Source: an uncultured Thermoproteaceae archaeon
GTDB taxonomy: Archaea; Thermoproteota; Thermoprotei; Thermoproteales; Thermocladiaceae
Assembly (NCBI GenBank): GCA_964575955.1
Contig: CAZNTG010000003.1
Coordinates: forward strand, 64,001-128,000
DNA length: 64,000 nucleotides
Direction of reading: 5' to 3'
Positions 39,397-50,311 of this stretch are shown piece after piece. Made by a program: the position numbers and the translations under genes. Position 1 is the stretch's first letter. Each line of letters starts with the position of its first letter. The notes beneath the pieces are model-generated. The model saw only the letters and a list, made by a program, of their open reading frames with translations, was not told where the DNA came from and searched no databases.

Positions 39397-40356
39397 ATGT
39401 GTCTATACTACTACCTATTAATAATGTATCCAAAGCGTATAGTTGTAGCAACTAGACCTAGCAAGCTATCTCTAATACAGACTGAGATTGCTATTAATTG
39501 GATTAGAAGATATTTTCCAGATATTGAATTTATAATTAAAACTTTCAAATCTACAGGAGATAAAATACTTGACAAACCACTCTATGAGATTGGTGTTAAG
39601 GGAATTTTTGAGAAAGAGATTAATCTTGCAGTACTTAGAGGTGATGCTGACATTGCTATACATAGTTTGAAAGATCTTCCAGCATCTATAGATCCTAGAC
39701 TAGAATTAGCATGCTATCCTCCAAGAGATAGTCCATATGATGTTCTTGTTGTTCCAAAGAATTTTGAACCAGATATTGATAAGTTAGATAGAAATTCTAA
39801 AGTAGGAACTTCAAGTATTAGAAGAAAAGTATTTTTAAAATGTTTAAGAAGTGATATAGAGGTAGTACCAATTAGAGGCAATGTAGATACTAGAATAAGA
39901 AAGTTACTTAAAGGTGAGTGTGATGCATTGATAATAGCTGAATGTGGATTAGATAGATTGAGAGGTCATATTCCAGAAATTGAAGAGGTTAGATATTCGA
40001 GAATTAGTTTAGATAAAATACCGCCAGCACCTGGACAAGGAATAATTGTCGTTGTATGTAAGAGAGATGATGTAGATCTTCTAAAAATGTTAAGAGAATG
40101 CTCTCATAGAGAGACAACTATCGAAGCTATATGTGAAAGATCTTTCTTAAAATCATTTGGAGGTGGTTGTCATACACCTATAGGTTGTCTAGCTACATGC
40201 TCAGGAAATTTCTTAACGATAAGTGCATATTTTGCAGATAGAGAGACATATAGGATATATAGAGTATCTATATGTGGAAGTTCTGAAAATCCTGAGGAAT
40301 TAGGTAGGAGATGTGCAGAAGAGTTGAAAAGATTAATAAAGAGTGGTGGTATGTAG
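39397..40356 (+). CDS. hemC: Hydroxymethylbilane synthase (probable start at ATG 39424)
   Basis: ATRPSKLS, KGIFEKE, HSLKDLP, GTSS, RGNVDTR, GGCHTPIG. Confidence 0.95.
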   Translation: MCLYYYLLIMYPKRIVVATRPSKLSLIQTEIAINWIRRYFPDIEFIIKTFKSTGDKILDKPLYEIGVKGIFEKEINLAVLRGDADIAIHSLKDLPASIDPRLELACYPPRDSPYDVLVVPKNFEPDIDKLDRNSKVGTSSIRRKVFLKCLRSDIEVVPIRGNVDTRIRKLLKGECDALIIAECGLDRLRGHIPEIEEVRYSRISLDKIPPAPGQGIIVVVCKRDDVDLLKMLRECSHRETTIEAICERSFLKSFGGGCHTPIGCLATCSGNFLTISAYFADRETYRIYRVSICGSSENPEELGRRCAEELKRLIKSGGM

Positions 40357-40373
40357 TCAAGATATTTTAAGTA

Positions 40374-40757
40374 GTGCATAACTATACTAGTCTCAGTATG
40401 AAAGTTTTGAAAGATAGTGTAACTATACCAGGATTAGGATCGAGAAGTATGACTTTCAAATTAAACTTTCCAGAAAAATTTGAAAATGAGTATAAGGTAG
40501 TTATAGATGCTATAAAGTACTTCATAGAAAATGGTGAACAGGTAGGTGATGTAGATATTGGAAATTTCATAGTTGAATTCTTCCTACTTAGAGAAGAAGA
40601 TTTAGGAGAATACTACAGATCATACTACATAGCGGTATTACGTAGAATCGATGCTCCAGGAACAGAATGTTTAGCAGTTTATAGATTTGTTATAGATTAT
40701 GAGAAACAGAGTGTAGATATTGATGATGTAAGCTATTTAGCAGGTATTAAGAGGTAG
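40374..40757 (+). CDS. Hypothetical protein
   Basis: 127 aa ORF downstream of hemC. Confidence 0.6.
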   Translation: MHNYTSLSMKVLKDSVTIPGLGSRSMTFKLNFPEKFENEYKVVIDAIKYFIENGEQVGDVDIGNFIVEFFLLREEDLGEYYRSYYIAVLRRIDAPGTECLAVYRFVIDYEKQSVDIDDVSYLAGIKR

Positions 40758-41355
40758 AACTTAACACAATCTTACTCCTATACACACGTACTAGTAGACT
40801 TATAGAGAATTTTGTAGGCTTATCAACATGTCTAGTCATTCCAAAAATCTCAACTTTAACATCGTAAACTCCAGGCTTAATTATACAAGTTCTTAAAAGT
40901 GGTGGCATTGGTACAGGTTCTGACTTACGTGTAAATGGAATTACTATAGGCATTCTAAACCAAAATATACACACAGGAATTCTCACTGTGAAGTTTCCTC
41001 TAGAAAGTTTCTTTTCAATACTCACTCTCACGTATAGATATCTAAATGCTCTACTAACATTCACAGAGTAGAATGATCCTATAAGAGCTACTGGTTCTTT
41101 AATAATAAGACTCGCACTACATACTTTAACATATTTTACAAACGTATCTGCACTTATATTACCAAGATCTACAATACATTCCTTAGCTTCTATCAAGGTT
41201 TTATTTCCTATAAATTTAACAGGAACTACAGTACCTGTTATATGTGCTACTTTAACACTCTCTTTTTGAAGTATCATATATGCTGCAATACAGACAATAG
41301 TTATTACTAACACTGCCAATATTATAGCAATGATAAGTCTACTAGCTATCTTCAC
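40747..41355 (-). CDS. Membrane-anchored or secreted beta-rich hypothetical protein
   Basis: Basic N-terminus plus a ~22 aa hydrophobic helix, then beta-strand-rich sequence. Confidence 0.65.
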   Translation of the reverse strand: MKIASRLIIAIILAVLVITIVCIAAYMILQKESVKVAHITGTVVPVKFIGNKTLIEAKECIVDLGNISADTFVKYVKVCSASLIIKEPVALIGSFYSVNVSRAFRYLYVRVSIEKKLSRGNFTVRIPVCIFWFRMPIVIPFTRKSEPVPMPPLLRTCIIKPGVYDVKVEIFGMTRHVDKPTKFSISLLVRVYRSKIVLSSTS

Positions 41356-41399
41356 AATTTTTTAACTACGTCTAATCTTTTAAATACTTCGAACTGCTA

Positions 41400-42017
41400 T
41401 TAATCAACTACATATCTATGAAAACCTAAGTAGATATCTACTAATGATGTAAATAGTGATATTGCAAGTATGCTAGATCCTAATGTTCCAAGTATGGTCA
41501 TATATTCACATGGTCTCTCCACTATAAGTCTTCTTTTCACATATGGAGCATCTATAAATCCAGGTGGGGTAGCTATTATTAGACATGGTTTTAGGATATT
41601 TACATTACTAATTATCTTATCTAGAACTTTTGGAGATGCTCCAACAACTACTATAGAATTCTCACATATATTCAATATTTTATCTATCTGATCTACAAGT
41701 CCTTCATTATAACTTCTTCTTAGAGATGACAGTGATACTACCCTATTCTTTAATCCATATCTCTCCAATTTATATCTTATACCTGTCTCTGTTAATAGAG
41801 AATCACATAGTATTGTTCTACAATTTCTTAAAGCTTTTATACCTTCTTCAATAGCTTTATCACTAATTTTCACAAGCTTACCTGCAATTACGAGACCTAG
41901 AGTCTGTACTACTCTTACTCTTACATACTTTATCTCTGGAGGTTCATCACTATCTTTATAATACATTCTATATATTTTTCTTAATGCTTCTAACGTTTTT
42001 ATATCGGTTGTATACAT
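41400..42017 (-). CDS. Precorrin-8X methylmutase-like protein (CbiC/CobH), divergent
   Basis: GASPKVL (cf. GNAPTAL), PPGFIDA (cf. PVGFV.A), GTLGSS (cf. GRKGGS); adjacent to cbiH. Confidence 0.7.
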   Translation of the reverse strand: MYTTDIKTLEALRKIYRMYYKDSDEPPEIKYVRVRVVQTLGLVIAGKLVKISDKAIEEGIKALRNCRTILCDSLLTETGIRYKLERYGLKNRVVSLSSLRRSYNEGLVDQIDKILNICENSIVVVGASPKVLDKIISNVNILKPCLIIATPPGFIDAPYVKRRLIVERPCEYMTILGTLGSSILAISLFTSLVDIYLGFHRYVVD

Positions 42018-42019
42018 TT

Positions 42020-42796
42020 CTATGTGTATATCTTTGTTATTAACTTCTCTATTTTCTCTCTATAACCTCTCTCTGCTACTAGCCATTTTCCAACTTTTTT
42101 AACTTTTGATGAGCATATTATTACTATACAATTCATATCTATATCTTCAACATCTATATCTCTCAACGTTCCAACTTTTATATTTTGACCTTCTCTCATT
42201 GCATTTTTAACAACTGCTATTATTGTATCTTCTCCCTTTATTTTCCTAACAATTTCAAATATCTTTAATATATTTTTCTTCTTTTTTCTAGATATTGGAT
42301 TATATATTGCTATTGTATAATCACCTTCTAGAGCTTTTATTAATTTGTGCTCTATCTCTTCCCAAGGTATTAGAATATCACTTAGATTTAGGATCACCAT
42401 ATCTCTCATAAATGGTGCTCCAAGTAGTGCTCCTGCAGCTAGAGCAGCTGTAACTCCTGGAACTATCTCAATCTCTACACCCATATTCAATGTCTCGTTT
42501 AACTCTATACACAGTCCTGCTAGTCCATATATTCCTGGATCTCCACTACATATTAATGCTACATCTCTCTTCTTTGATTCTCTAAGTGCTATTAGACATC
42601 TCTTAACTTCATCTCTCATACCTGTTGTGTATATTATCTTACCTTTCACTAGATGTGCAATATATTCAATATATCTTCCATATCCTACAACTATGTCAAC
42701 CTTGTTTAATATCTGGATTGCTTTAAGTGTCATATATTCACACTTTCCAGGACCTATACCAACTATGTATAGTTTAGCCATAGTTAGATTCTGCAA
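42020..42796 (-). CDS. cbiH: Precorrin-3B C17-methyltransferase (CbiH/CobJ)
   Basis: VGIGPG, SGDPGIYGLA, PGVTA, LSDILIPWEEI, YNP. Confidence 0.9.
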   Translation of the reverse strand: MQNLTMAKLYIVGIGPGKCEYMTLKAIQILNKVDIVVGYGRYIEYIAHLVKGKIIYTTGMRDEVKRCLIALRESKKRDVALICSGDPGIYGLAGLCIELNETLNMGVEIEIVPGVTAALAAGALLGAPFMRDMVILNLSDILIPWEEIEHKLIKALEGDYTIAIYNPISRKKKKNILKIFEIVRKIKGEDTIIAVVKNAMREGQNIKVGTLRDIDVEDIDMNCIVIICSSKVKKVGKWLVAERGYREKIEKLITKIYT

Positions 42797-44285
42797 TCTC
42801 TTTAAGCTTTTTCTCTATAAGATTTCTACTACTTTTAACTTTACCTATAAACCATTTTAATGCTTTTTTAATTATTAAAAACTTCTTATCATTCATATAA
42901 TCTTCTATAAGTTTTTCAGCCCAGTAAAGTGCATGGTCAAGACATGCCATTAGAAGTTCTACATGGTATGGCTTTATCTTTCTAAACCATTCTTCTCTTC
43001 CAAGTCTGCTAGGTCCCATAGGTACGAAGAACATTGGAACTATGAGACTTCTATACGGTCTTAATCTTTTGATTAACTCTACTGTTGCTTTAACATCATC
43101 TTCATCTTCTTCAGGTAAGCCTACGATTATTGTTGCTGCTGGTATGATATTATGTTCATGAAATAGTGAAAATGCTTCTTCAACAATTTCAGGCCATTTC
43201 TCAATTGGGAATGGTTTAGATTTTGCTGGCATATGTTTTCTCATTAGTTTAACACTACCACTCTCTACTCCAACTTCAACTCCAATAAATTTTTGATATT
43301 CACCATCTATGAGTATTTCTGCTAGTGTGTCTATAAGCTTCTTATTAGCTATAGCTGCTGCTAATGTACAGTGACTCCAACCTACCTGTTTCCAATACTT
43401 TTTAGCTAGTATGTGTAGTTTAATTACGGCATTCTCGTTAGGTATAACTGTGTCAGATCCATAGAGTAGAACATCTGTACAGCTGAGAATTCCATGATTA
43501 ACTCCCTCTCTAACATTTACCTGTATCTCCTTCTCTATAAAATCTAGAGGATACCATCTAACAGGTCTACTACCTACTGAACAAAATGCACATTTTCTAG
43601 GACATCCTCTACCAATCTCAATTAAACCATTAACACTTGCATGTAGTATAGGTACAAGTTTATCAAGTGTTAAATTATCTTTTATACCCATCTTTATGTA
43701 TGATGGTACTTCTCTACCCTCTAATATCCTTTTAACAACTCTAGATACCACAATCTCCTCTCTATCTCCATTGCTGTCAACTATGACATCTATAGAATAC
43801 CTATCTATCAGATCGTACATATGTAACCATTGCCATACTGCAGGTCCTGTAACTATAATCTTAAAATCATACTTATCCTTCAATCTACATACAGATTCTA
43901 TAAACTCTCTAAAGAGTATGGCATTTAGAGGTTCCTTATCTATAAATGCCGTCCAGGTAGTTGTAGGTGGATTTAGACCAAACCAATCATGATGTCTTAT
44001 TATGAGAACTTTCGCACCTTCCTCAATATATTTTGGAACATAGTCTGGATCAACAACTGCAGCATTTATACCATCATGAACAAGTCTTGCCTCTATTCTT
44101 CTAAGTCCATAAGGTGCTTGCCATACGATACCATTATCATGCTTCATTGGAGGACAAAATAGCCATTGTAGAAATTTTCGAGGAAGAATGACAGGCATTG
44201 TTGTTCCAAATCCAAGAAATTCCTTACCATGATGATTCGTCATTAGACTTCTATCTGTACTAAGTATAACGTCAAACCTATTCAT
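42774..44285 (-). CDS. B12-binding-domain radical SAM protein
   Basis: RGCPRKCAFC (CxxxCxxC), APYGLRRIEA, GVESGS. Confidence 0.88.
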   Translation of the reverse strand: MNRFDVILSTDRSLMTNHHGKEFLGFGTTMPVILPRKFLQWLFCPPMKHDNGIVWQAPYGLRRIEARLVHDGINAAVVDPDYVPKYIEEGAKVLIIRHHDWFGLNPPTTTWTAFIDKEPLNAILFREFIESVCRLKDKYDFKIIVTGPAVWQWLHMYDLIDRYSIDVIVDSNGDREEIVVSRVVKRILEGREVPSYIKMGIKDNLTLDKLVPILHASVNGLIEIGRGCPRKCAFCSVGSRPVRWYPLDFIEKEIQVNVREGVNHGILSCTDVLLYGSDTVIPNENAVIKLHILAKKYWKQVGWSHCTLAAAIANKKLIDTLAEILIDGEYQKFIGVEVGVESGSVKLMRKHMPAKSKPFPIEKWPEIVEEAFSLFHEHNIIPAATIIVGLPEEDEDDVKATVELIKRLRPYRSLIVPMFFVPMGPSRLGREEWFRKIKPYHVELLMACLDHALYWAEKLIEDYMNDKKFLIIKKALKWFIGKVKSSRNLIEKKLKEIAESNYG

Positions 44286-44535
44286 ATAGTTTACCTAGTT
44301 CAAATTCAAGTAGTTTTTCAGCTTCTTCTTCAGAATTTACAACCCATATTGATAAAGATGGATATATGTTTCCCTTTATTACACGTCTTAGCTCACCTAT
44401 GATTTCACCAATAGTTTTACATGACTTTACTACAATTATTCCTATTCTAAAACATCCTTCTGAAAGAGCTTTTCTGACCTCTATCTCAGCTTTATCAAGT
44501 TCTGTATCTTTAAGTATAAACATCTTCTGTTTCAT
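44278..44535 (-). CDS. Small hypothetical protein
   Basis: 85 aa; overlaps the start of the radical SAM gene (translational coupling). Confidence 0.6.
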   Translation of the reverse strand: MKQKMFILKDTELDKAEIEVRKALSEGCFRIGIIVVKSCKTIGEIIGELRRVIKGNIYPSLSIWVVNSEEEAEKLLEFELGKLYE

Positions 44536-44577
44536 GTAGAAACCATAGTCTCTAAATGTTTAATAAGTACTACGTTA

Positions 44578-45561
44578 ATGATATTAAAAATGATGCGTAA
44601 CGAAACCATGACTATAGCTAAGAGATTAAGAGAATTATTAGAGGAAGAAGCATCAAAAATTAATGTAGACGCAGTATTGCTTAGTGGTGGTTTAGATTCA
44701 TCGATAACAACATACCTACTAAGACATTCAGATCCTACAGCTATCACTGTAATCTTGTTAGAAAATCCTGGAAAGGATGAAGAATATTCTATTAAAGTAT
44801 CTAAGAAACTATCAGTTAAACATATAATACTTAAAGTAAATGTTAAATATGCTATTTCAAAAATTCCAGATATAGTAAAAATATTGAAAACATTCTCACC
44901 AATGGAAATACCTAACGATATACCTATTTTAATAGCGTTAGAATATGCTAAAAGTCAAGGATTTACGACACTAGCAACAGGAGATGGAGGAGACGAACTA
45001 TTTTGTGGATATTCATATATGACTAAGATGAGCTATGAAGAACTTGAAAAATATATTCAAAATCTTCCCAAGTTTTGGTATTTTCCAACATTTAAACTAT
45101 CTGAGAGGTTTAATATAAATTCATTATCGATATTTCTTAAAGATAGAGTCATAAACTATGCACTAAGTATACCAGTAAAATATAAGTTGTATAGAGATGA
45201 TAATACTATAATTACAAAGTATATTCTTAGATTAGCATTTCAAGACGTACTACCTAGAGATGTTGTATGGAGAATTAAAGAACCTATTGAGTATGGTTCG
45301 GGATTTACATATATCAGAAAAGTTATTGAAAACATGATTAGTGATTATGAATTTCATAGAGAGGTTAATAGAATTATAAAAGAGGATAATGTTAAGATTG
45401 TATCTAAAGAACAACTATACTACTACAAGATCTATAGAGAATTTTATGAACCACCTCATCAATATTCTAAAACTAGTTTAAGATGTCCTTACTGTGGTGC
45501 TGATCTAAATCCTCATAATTTAAGATATTGCTATGTATGTGGATCCTGTATAGATGTTTAG
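44578..45561 (+). CDS. Asparagine synthase-like N-type ATP pyrophosphatase without a glutaminase domain
   Basis: LLSGGLDSS, TGDGGDELFCGY, KYILR; C-terminal CPYC..CYVC. Confidence 0.85.
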   Translation: MILKMMRNETMTIAKRLRELLEEEASKINVDAVLLSGGLDSSITTYLLRHSDPTAITVILLENPGKDEEYSIKVSKKLSVKHIILKVNVKYAISKIPDIVKILKTFSPMEIPNDIPILIALEYAKSQGFTTLATGDGGDELFCGYSYMTKMSYEELEKYIQNLPKFWYFPTFKLSERFNINSLSIFLKDRVINYALSIPVKYKLYRDDNTIITKYILRLAFQDVLPRDVVWRIKEPIEYGSGFTYIRKVIENMISDYEFHREVNRIIKEDNVKIVSKEQLYYYKIYREFYEPPHQYSKTSLRCPYCGADLNPHNLRYCYVCGSCIDV

Positions 45562-47216
45562 AGGAAGTGTAGTTTGTCGATTATCAAAGCTTTACTTAGA
45601 TCGTGTATGTTTATTATCTTTATGAAGAGTCCACCTCCGATACGTGATAATTTCATTAGTAGATCATCATCACTATTTTCTCCAATAGCTATTGTTGATA
45701 TTGTTGCTCCCTGTCTACGTAGTCTAGTTACTTCTCTTATACATAGTTGTGCATTTACAGTTCTACCATCTGTTACACATACTACATGTTTTGCAGTACT
45801 ACGTGATTTTGATAATACTTCTCTAGCTCTCTCAAGAGCATGTGCTAGATTTGTACCACCTCCAGCATATACGTAACTTAGCATGTATAGCATATGTTTC
45901 CAATACTTCTTAACTTGGTGTAATGTCCATAATACGTCTGCTCTAAAGTTGAATAGTATTAGTGAGAGTCTATCGTTAGTATTCATTAAGAATTGTACAT
46001 ATTTTGATACAGCATCTTTTGCAATATCTATCTTCTGTGTACCCCAGCTAAGCTCTCTCATACTTCCTGACACGTCTAGGCATAGTACTAGGTCTATAGA
46101 TTTCACATTTGCATACTCTTTAACTATTATATCTTTTGTTGTTATCATTTTACCCATTAGAGATTTTCTACTAATGTTTATTGCTGTCTTATATAGATCT
46201 ATATTTGAATAACTATCTCCAAACTTATATTCTCTCATATTTACTACATATGTCGGATATCTATCAGATCCTACAAATTTCATTATCTTTATCTGACTCA
46301 TATCACTTGAATATCCTTTTGTTTTTCTTCTAAACTCTTCAAATAATCTCTTCTCTTGATGTGTTATTCTTCCATATGTTGTTCCTGTAAATCCATAACT
46401 CTTTAAGTATTTTTCAAGTTTTTTCAATACTTGAACTTTCTTTATAATATTTGCATCATATCTAACGAACATATTTATTAACTGTGCTAGATTCATGAAG
46501 TTTGCAGCACCAATACCTCCATAAAATGCTTCGTATATTGTTGATATCATTTGTTCAACTTCATCATTTTCAGGAACTTCTTCAACTTCTCTATTAATAA
46601 TCTCACCTATAGAACGTATACCACCTCTAGATCCGTAGTGTAGTGATGATTGTCTAGACATCTCATGAAGCATTTTACTACCTGCAAAATCTATCAACTC
46701 ATCACTTGTAGATCCTGATAGTGTAGACTCTTCAAAGTTTGTACCACTACCTTTACCACGTCTTTTCTGTTGTTGCATATATTGTTGTAGTTGTCTCTCT
46801 TCACCATACTCACCTTCACTTCCTGTTCCTCTTCTATCTCCTCTCTTCTTATCACCTCTACCTTGATCTGATAGTCCTTCTCTAATTGTTTGTTCAACTT
46901 TCTTCATAACTCTATTGAAGGCATATTCAAATGCTTCTTCTAGAACTAGCTTCTTCTCTTCAGGACTTTGAGTTTCAACTGATAGATATAGGTTTTGAAT
47001 ACCTATTCTAGTAACTATTTCACGGAATTTTTCTTCATCAACATTTCCACCTTCGAGTAGTAGTCTGAAGTATATGTCTGCTACTGCAGCTTCATAACTT
47101 CTTATAGATCCAGGTCTTATAACGCGAGAGTCTGTCTGTAGATATTCATATACGAGTTTTAGAATATCTGAGATTAATGATACTGGGTCTAGTCTCATTA
47201 TATCACTATTACTCAT
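45558..47216 (-). CDS. von Willebrand A (MIDAS) domain protein
   Basis: DVSGSM, GGGTN, VTDG; Gly/Glu/Gln-rich linker. Confidence 0.88.
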   Translation of the reverse strand: MSNSDIMRLDPVSLISDILKLVYEYLQTDSRVIRPGSIRSYEAAVADIYFRLLLEGGNVDEEKFREIVTRIGIQNLYLSVETQSPEEKKLVLEEAFEYAFNRVMKKVEQTIREGLSDQGRGDKKRGDRRGTGSEGEYGEERQLQQYMQQQKRRGKGSGTNFEESTLSGSTSDELIDFAGSKMLHEMSRQSSLHYGSRGGIRSIGEIINREVEEVPENDEVEQMISTIYEAFYGGIGAANFMNLAQLINMFVRYDANIIKKVQVLKKLEKYLKSYGFTGTTYGRITHQEKRLFEEFRRKTKGYSSDMSQIKIMKFVGSDRYPTYVVNMREYKFGDSYSNIDLYKTAINISRKSLMGKMITTKDIIVKEYANVKSIDLVLCLDVSGSMRELSWGTQKIDIAKDAVSKYVQFLMNTNDRLSLILFNFRADVLWTLHQVKKYWKHMLYMLSYVYAGGGTNLAHALERAREVLSKSRSTAKHVVCVTDGRTVNAQLCIREVTRLRRQGATISTIAIGENSDDDLLMKLSRIGGGLFIKIINIHDLSKALIIDKLHFL

Positions 47217-47285
47217 GCTCCTACAATATATTGAGTGTATAGCGGGGTTATAAAGTGTAGTCTGTAGTTTATGATTATTCTAGAC

Positions 47286-48350
47286 CTATCTTTTGAACAT
47301 CTTCTTAGCTATTAGTAATGCTTCATCAAACTTTTTCAATAGATACTCCTTCTTCTCTTGTTCAGATGAGAAGTTTCCACGTACAGTAGATATCATGTTT
47401 TCTATTAGAGAAATCTTCAAATCATTTATTGATGGTTCTCTACATTCAATCCATGCACGAGACATAGCATTCGCTAGTGAGTATATTGCACTTCTAATAC
47501 TTGGACCAACCTCTATATTTGCATCTTGTACAAGAAGCATTAAGTATGTTGTAACTACCTCAACCATGAAGTCTGGAACTTTTGTGCCTAGATGCTCTAG
47601 CAGTGCATTTGATTTCCACTCTAAAATACCTCTTAGAACTTCTCTATCAGGATAGTTTATCTCTATCACTTTCATTCTATCAGCAAGAGCTTCGCTAAGC
47701 TCATAAACTCCTGAATATTCAGCAGGATTTGAAGTTGCAATAACTAGAAAGTCACTTCTAATTCTAAATCCTCTAATAAATACGTAATGTTCCTGTAGTG
47801 CTTGTAGTAGTGCTGCTTGACTATATGGGTTTAATCTATTAATCTCGTCAAGTATCAATATTCTACCATGTGCAAGTACTAGTGGTCCAGGTATGAATGC
47901 TAATGGATGATCTAGACCTGCCTGTAGTGCAACTGCAATATCTATATCACCTGTAAGTTCTGTAGCTGTCATATGGCTATGACATGCAACTTCTATGTAT
48001 GGTGGGTCAGATATTGCCAATATTTCTGCTATAGTTTCTGCAAGTGTTGTCTTACCAACACCTACAGGACCCATTATTAGTACATGTCTACCAATTGCTA
48101 AACTACTCAATAGGTCAAGTGCAACATCTCCAAGACCTTTAAGTACTTTATCAAGTTCTGACAATATGTTTCTAATACCTTTAGTCCTGATAGCTTCAGC
48201 GATAAGCTTCTCTACCTGTATTGGTTCACGTTTTAGCAAGTCTGATAATCTTGGAAGATTTTCTAACAATTTATCATTTATACCATGATGTTCAACTTTC
48301 GACTGTTGACCTCTACCTATGTCCTGTGGAGTCTTTCTAAATCCGACCAT
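47286..48350 (-). CDS. MoxR-family AAA+ ATPase
   Basis: GPVGVGKT, LDEINR, QAALLQAL, ATSNP, ALADR. Confidence 0.92.
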   Translation of the reverse strand: MVGFRKTPQDIGRGQQSKVEHHGINDKLLENLPRLSDLLKREPIQVEKLIAEAIRTKGIRNILSELDKVLKGLGDVALDLLSSLAIGRHVLIMGPVGVGKTTLAETIAEILAISDPPYIEVACHSHMTATELTGDIDIAVALQAGLDHPLAFIPGPLVLAHGRILILDEINRLNPYSQAALLQALQEHYVFIRGFRIRSDFLVIATSNPAEYSGVYELSEALADRMKVIEINYPDREVLRGILEWKSNALLEHLGTKVPDFMVEVVTTYLMLLVQDANIEVGPSIRSAIYSLANAMSRAWIECREPSINDLKISLIENMISTVRGNFSSEQEKKEYLLKKFDEALLIAKKMFKR

Positions 48351-48480
48351 TATGTCTACAGTAGCGAAATAGTGAATGTAAAATTAATAAATATTGAGGC
48401 TTTAGCACAAGTATATCCACGTGAGAGGAAGATTAATAAGGAAGTACCGAATCTGTATGTGGAGAAGACAGTTTGAATAG

Positions 48481-48816
48481 GTGATAAATATGTCCTCTAC
48501 AAGGAGAACAACAAACTACATTGAGGAGACAGATATAAGTGAGTTTGACCTTAAAGCAAAACCAGCAGATCCTAAGACAAAGTGGATTCAGAGAATTATA
48601 AAGTCCATAAGCATGTACTACAAGAGATGTCCATACTACGATATGAAGACTAGAATATGCTTCATAGCCTATGATAGAGAATCAAACATATGTCCAAGAG
48701 ATGGAAAGTATGAAGGCTGTAAAATTCTTGAAGAATTTCTATCAAAAAAGTATGATGAGATTAAAGCTAGTGGTAAACCACTACCATACGACTTTAGAGA
48801 TCTTGCACTAGTCTAA
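48481..48816 (+). CDS. Hypothetical Cys4 protein
   Basis: 111 aa; CPYY..C..C..C. Confidence 0.7.
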   Translation: MINMSSTRRTTNYIEETDISEFDLKAKPADPKTKWIQRIIKSISMYYKRCPYYDMKTRICFIAYDRESNICPRDGKYEGCKILEEFLSKKYDEIKASGKPLPYDFRDLALV

Positions 48817-48921
48817 ATAATGAAGTGTAAGATATTTTAAAAAATCTTAAAATGTTAGATTCAGGATGATAATGTTTTTAATGTTTAAAATATATTTGAG
48901 AGGCTTATCCATGAGTAGATT

Positions 48922-50253
48922 ATGCAGAAATATAAAGTTGAGCCAGGCAAGTTGCTGAGAGTTGAAGGTCCAGCAGCTGTCAGAGTTATAGATGGTGAAG
49001 TTTATGTACTAGGGATAACGTATGGCGCAGATTCAAGATTTACAGTACTACGTGCTAGAAAGGTTGTTGTTAAACCATTACGTGAATCTATACTGGAAAT
49101 AACTTTAGGACCTGATGGAAATGTGGAAGAAGCTAGAAGTGATGAAGAAGTTATTGATATTTGGGAAGAAGCTACATCTAAAATAGAGTTGAAAGGTATA
49201 TCCGTGATTTTAGGAGCTATGGATGTTGGAAAGACAACAATGACAGTCATGATAGCAAATAAGGCTTCTAGAGCAGGATTTAGAGTTGGTATAATAGATG
49301 CAGATCTAGGACAAAATGATCTAGGACCACCAGCAACAGTAGATGCAGCAGTGCTAGAACCTGGAACATATATAACACATCTGAGAATGTTGAAACCTAT
49401 AAGAGCAATGTTTCTAAAAACTACAAGCGTTGAGAGAGTGTGGCAAGATGTTGTAAATGCTGTACATAGATTAGCGAGATATCTCATAGATAATGAAGGT
49501 GTGAGTACTGTAGTAATAAATACTGATGGTTGGGTAACAACTGAGAAAGCTGTTGAATATAAAGTTAAGCTATTGGAGAAGTTAGAACCTAGAAATGTGA
49601 TAATTATTCGTAGAAGTGACGAAGTAAATCAACTATTATCAACTATTAGAGAGAAGTTTCAAGATAAGATAAACATAATTGAACTTCCAGCACCACCAGC
49701 TGCTAGAGTTAGAACTAAGGAAGATAGGAGAATTCACCGTGAGATGGGATATGGTAAATATCTCACACCACCAAGAGATATTACACTAGACTTGAAGAAG
49801 TCTCCTATAGTGAACTTCCCAATTTGTAGTGGTATAAAGGCTAATCAAGACTTGCTAAATCTAGTTAGGAAGTTTGTTAAACATCCAATAATGTACTGCG
49901 AACTTCTTGAAGGATTTATGATAGCAATAACATCACAATCTGACAAGAGAGAACCTGAAATTGTTACAGTTCCAGGTGGTGGTAAGATTATAGTACTATC
50001 AAACGGTTGGGAGAGAGGCATACTTGTAGGACTTGAAGATGAGAATAACTTCCTACTAGCATTAGGAAGATTGAAAAAGATATACTACAATAATCAGAAA
50101 GCTGTAATTACAGTATCTAGATCATTTTCAGATATTTCAAAGATTGATCATATTAGATTAGGAATGATTAGACTAAATGAACAATATGAAGAGATCGAGA
50201 AAGTTAATTATATTGCTAAACTAGAAAATTTACTAAAGAGAAAAGCTACATGA
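48922..50253 (+). CDS. Clp1/Nol9 polynucleotide 5'-hydroxyl kinase
   Basis: VEGPA N-terminus, GAMDVGKTT Walker A, DADLGQ..GPP, INTDGW, RxxxxR lid. Confidence 0.88.
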   Translation: MQKYKVEPGKLLRVEGPAAVRVIDGEVYVLGITYGADSRFTVLRARKVVVKPLRESILEITLGPDGNVEEARSDEEVIDIWEEATSKIELKGISVILGAMDVGKTTMTVMIANKASRAGFRVGIIDADLGQNDLGPPATVDAAVLEPGTYITHLRMLKPIRAMFLKTTSVERVWQDVVNAVHRLARYLIDNEGVSTVVINTDGWVTTEKAVEYKVKLLEKLEPRNVIIIRRSDEVNQLLSTIREKFQDKINIIELPAPPAARVRTKEDRRIHREMGYGKYLTPPRDITLDLKKSPIVNFPICSGIKANQDLLNLVRKFVKHPIMYCELLEGFMIAITSQSDKREPEIVTVPGGGKIIVLSNGWERGILVGLEDENNFLLALGRLKKIYYNNQKAVITVSRSFSDISKIDHIRLGMIRLNEQYEEIEKVNYIAKLENLLKRKAT

Positions 50254-50299
50254 TGAAGGTCTGTAGCGCTGAAGATGTGATGACCATGCTGAAGTCTGA
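50250..50299 (+). ncRNA. Box C/D guide sRNA
   Basis: ATGATGA-aggtctgtagcg-CTGA-agat-GTGATGA-ccatgctgaagt-CTGA, all four boxes consensus. The C box contains the Clp1 stop codon. Confidence 0.9.
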
Positions 50300-50311
50300 G
50301 AATTATCTGAT

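Noticed and set aside
48828-48849. Imperfect 22 bp palindrome taagatattttaaaaaatctta upstream of the Clp1 gene
   Set aside because: Almost pure A/T in an AT-rich intergenic region and present once; it cannot be told apart from chance
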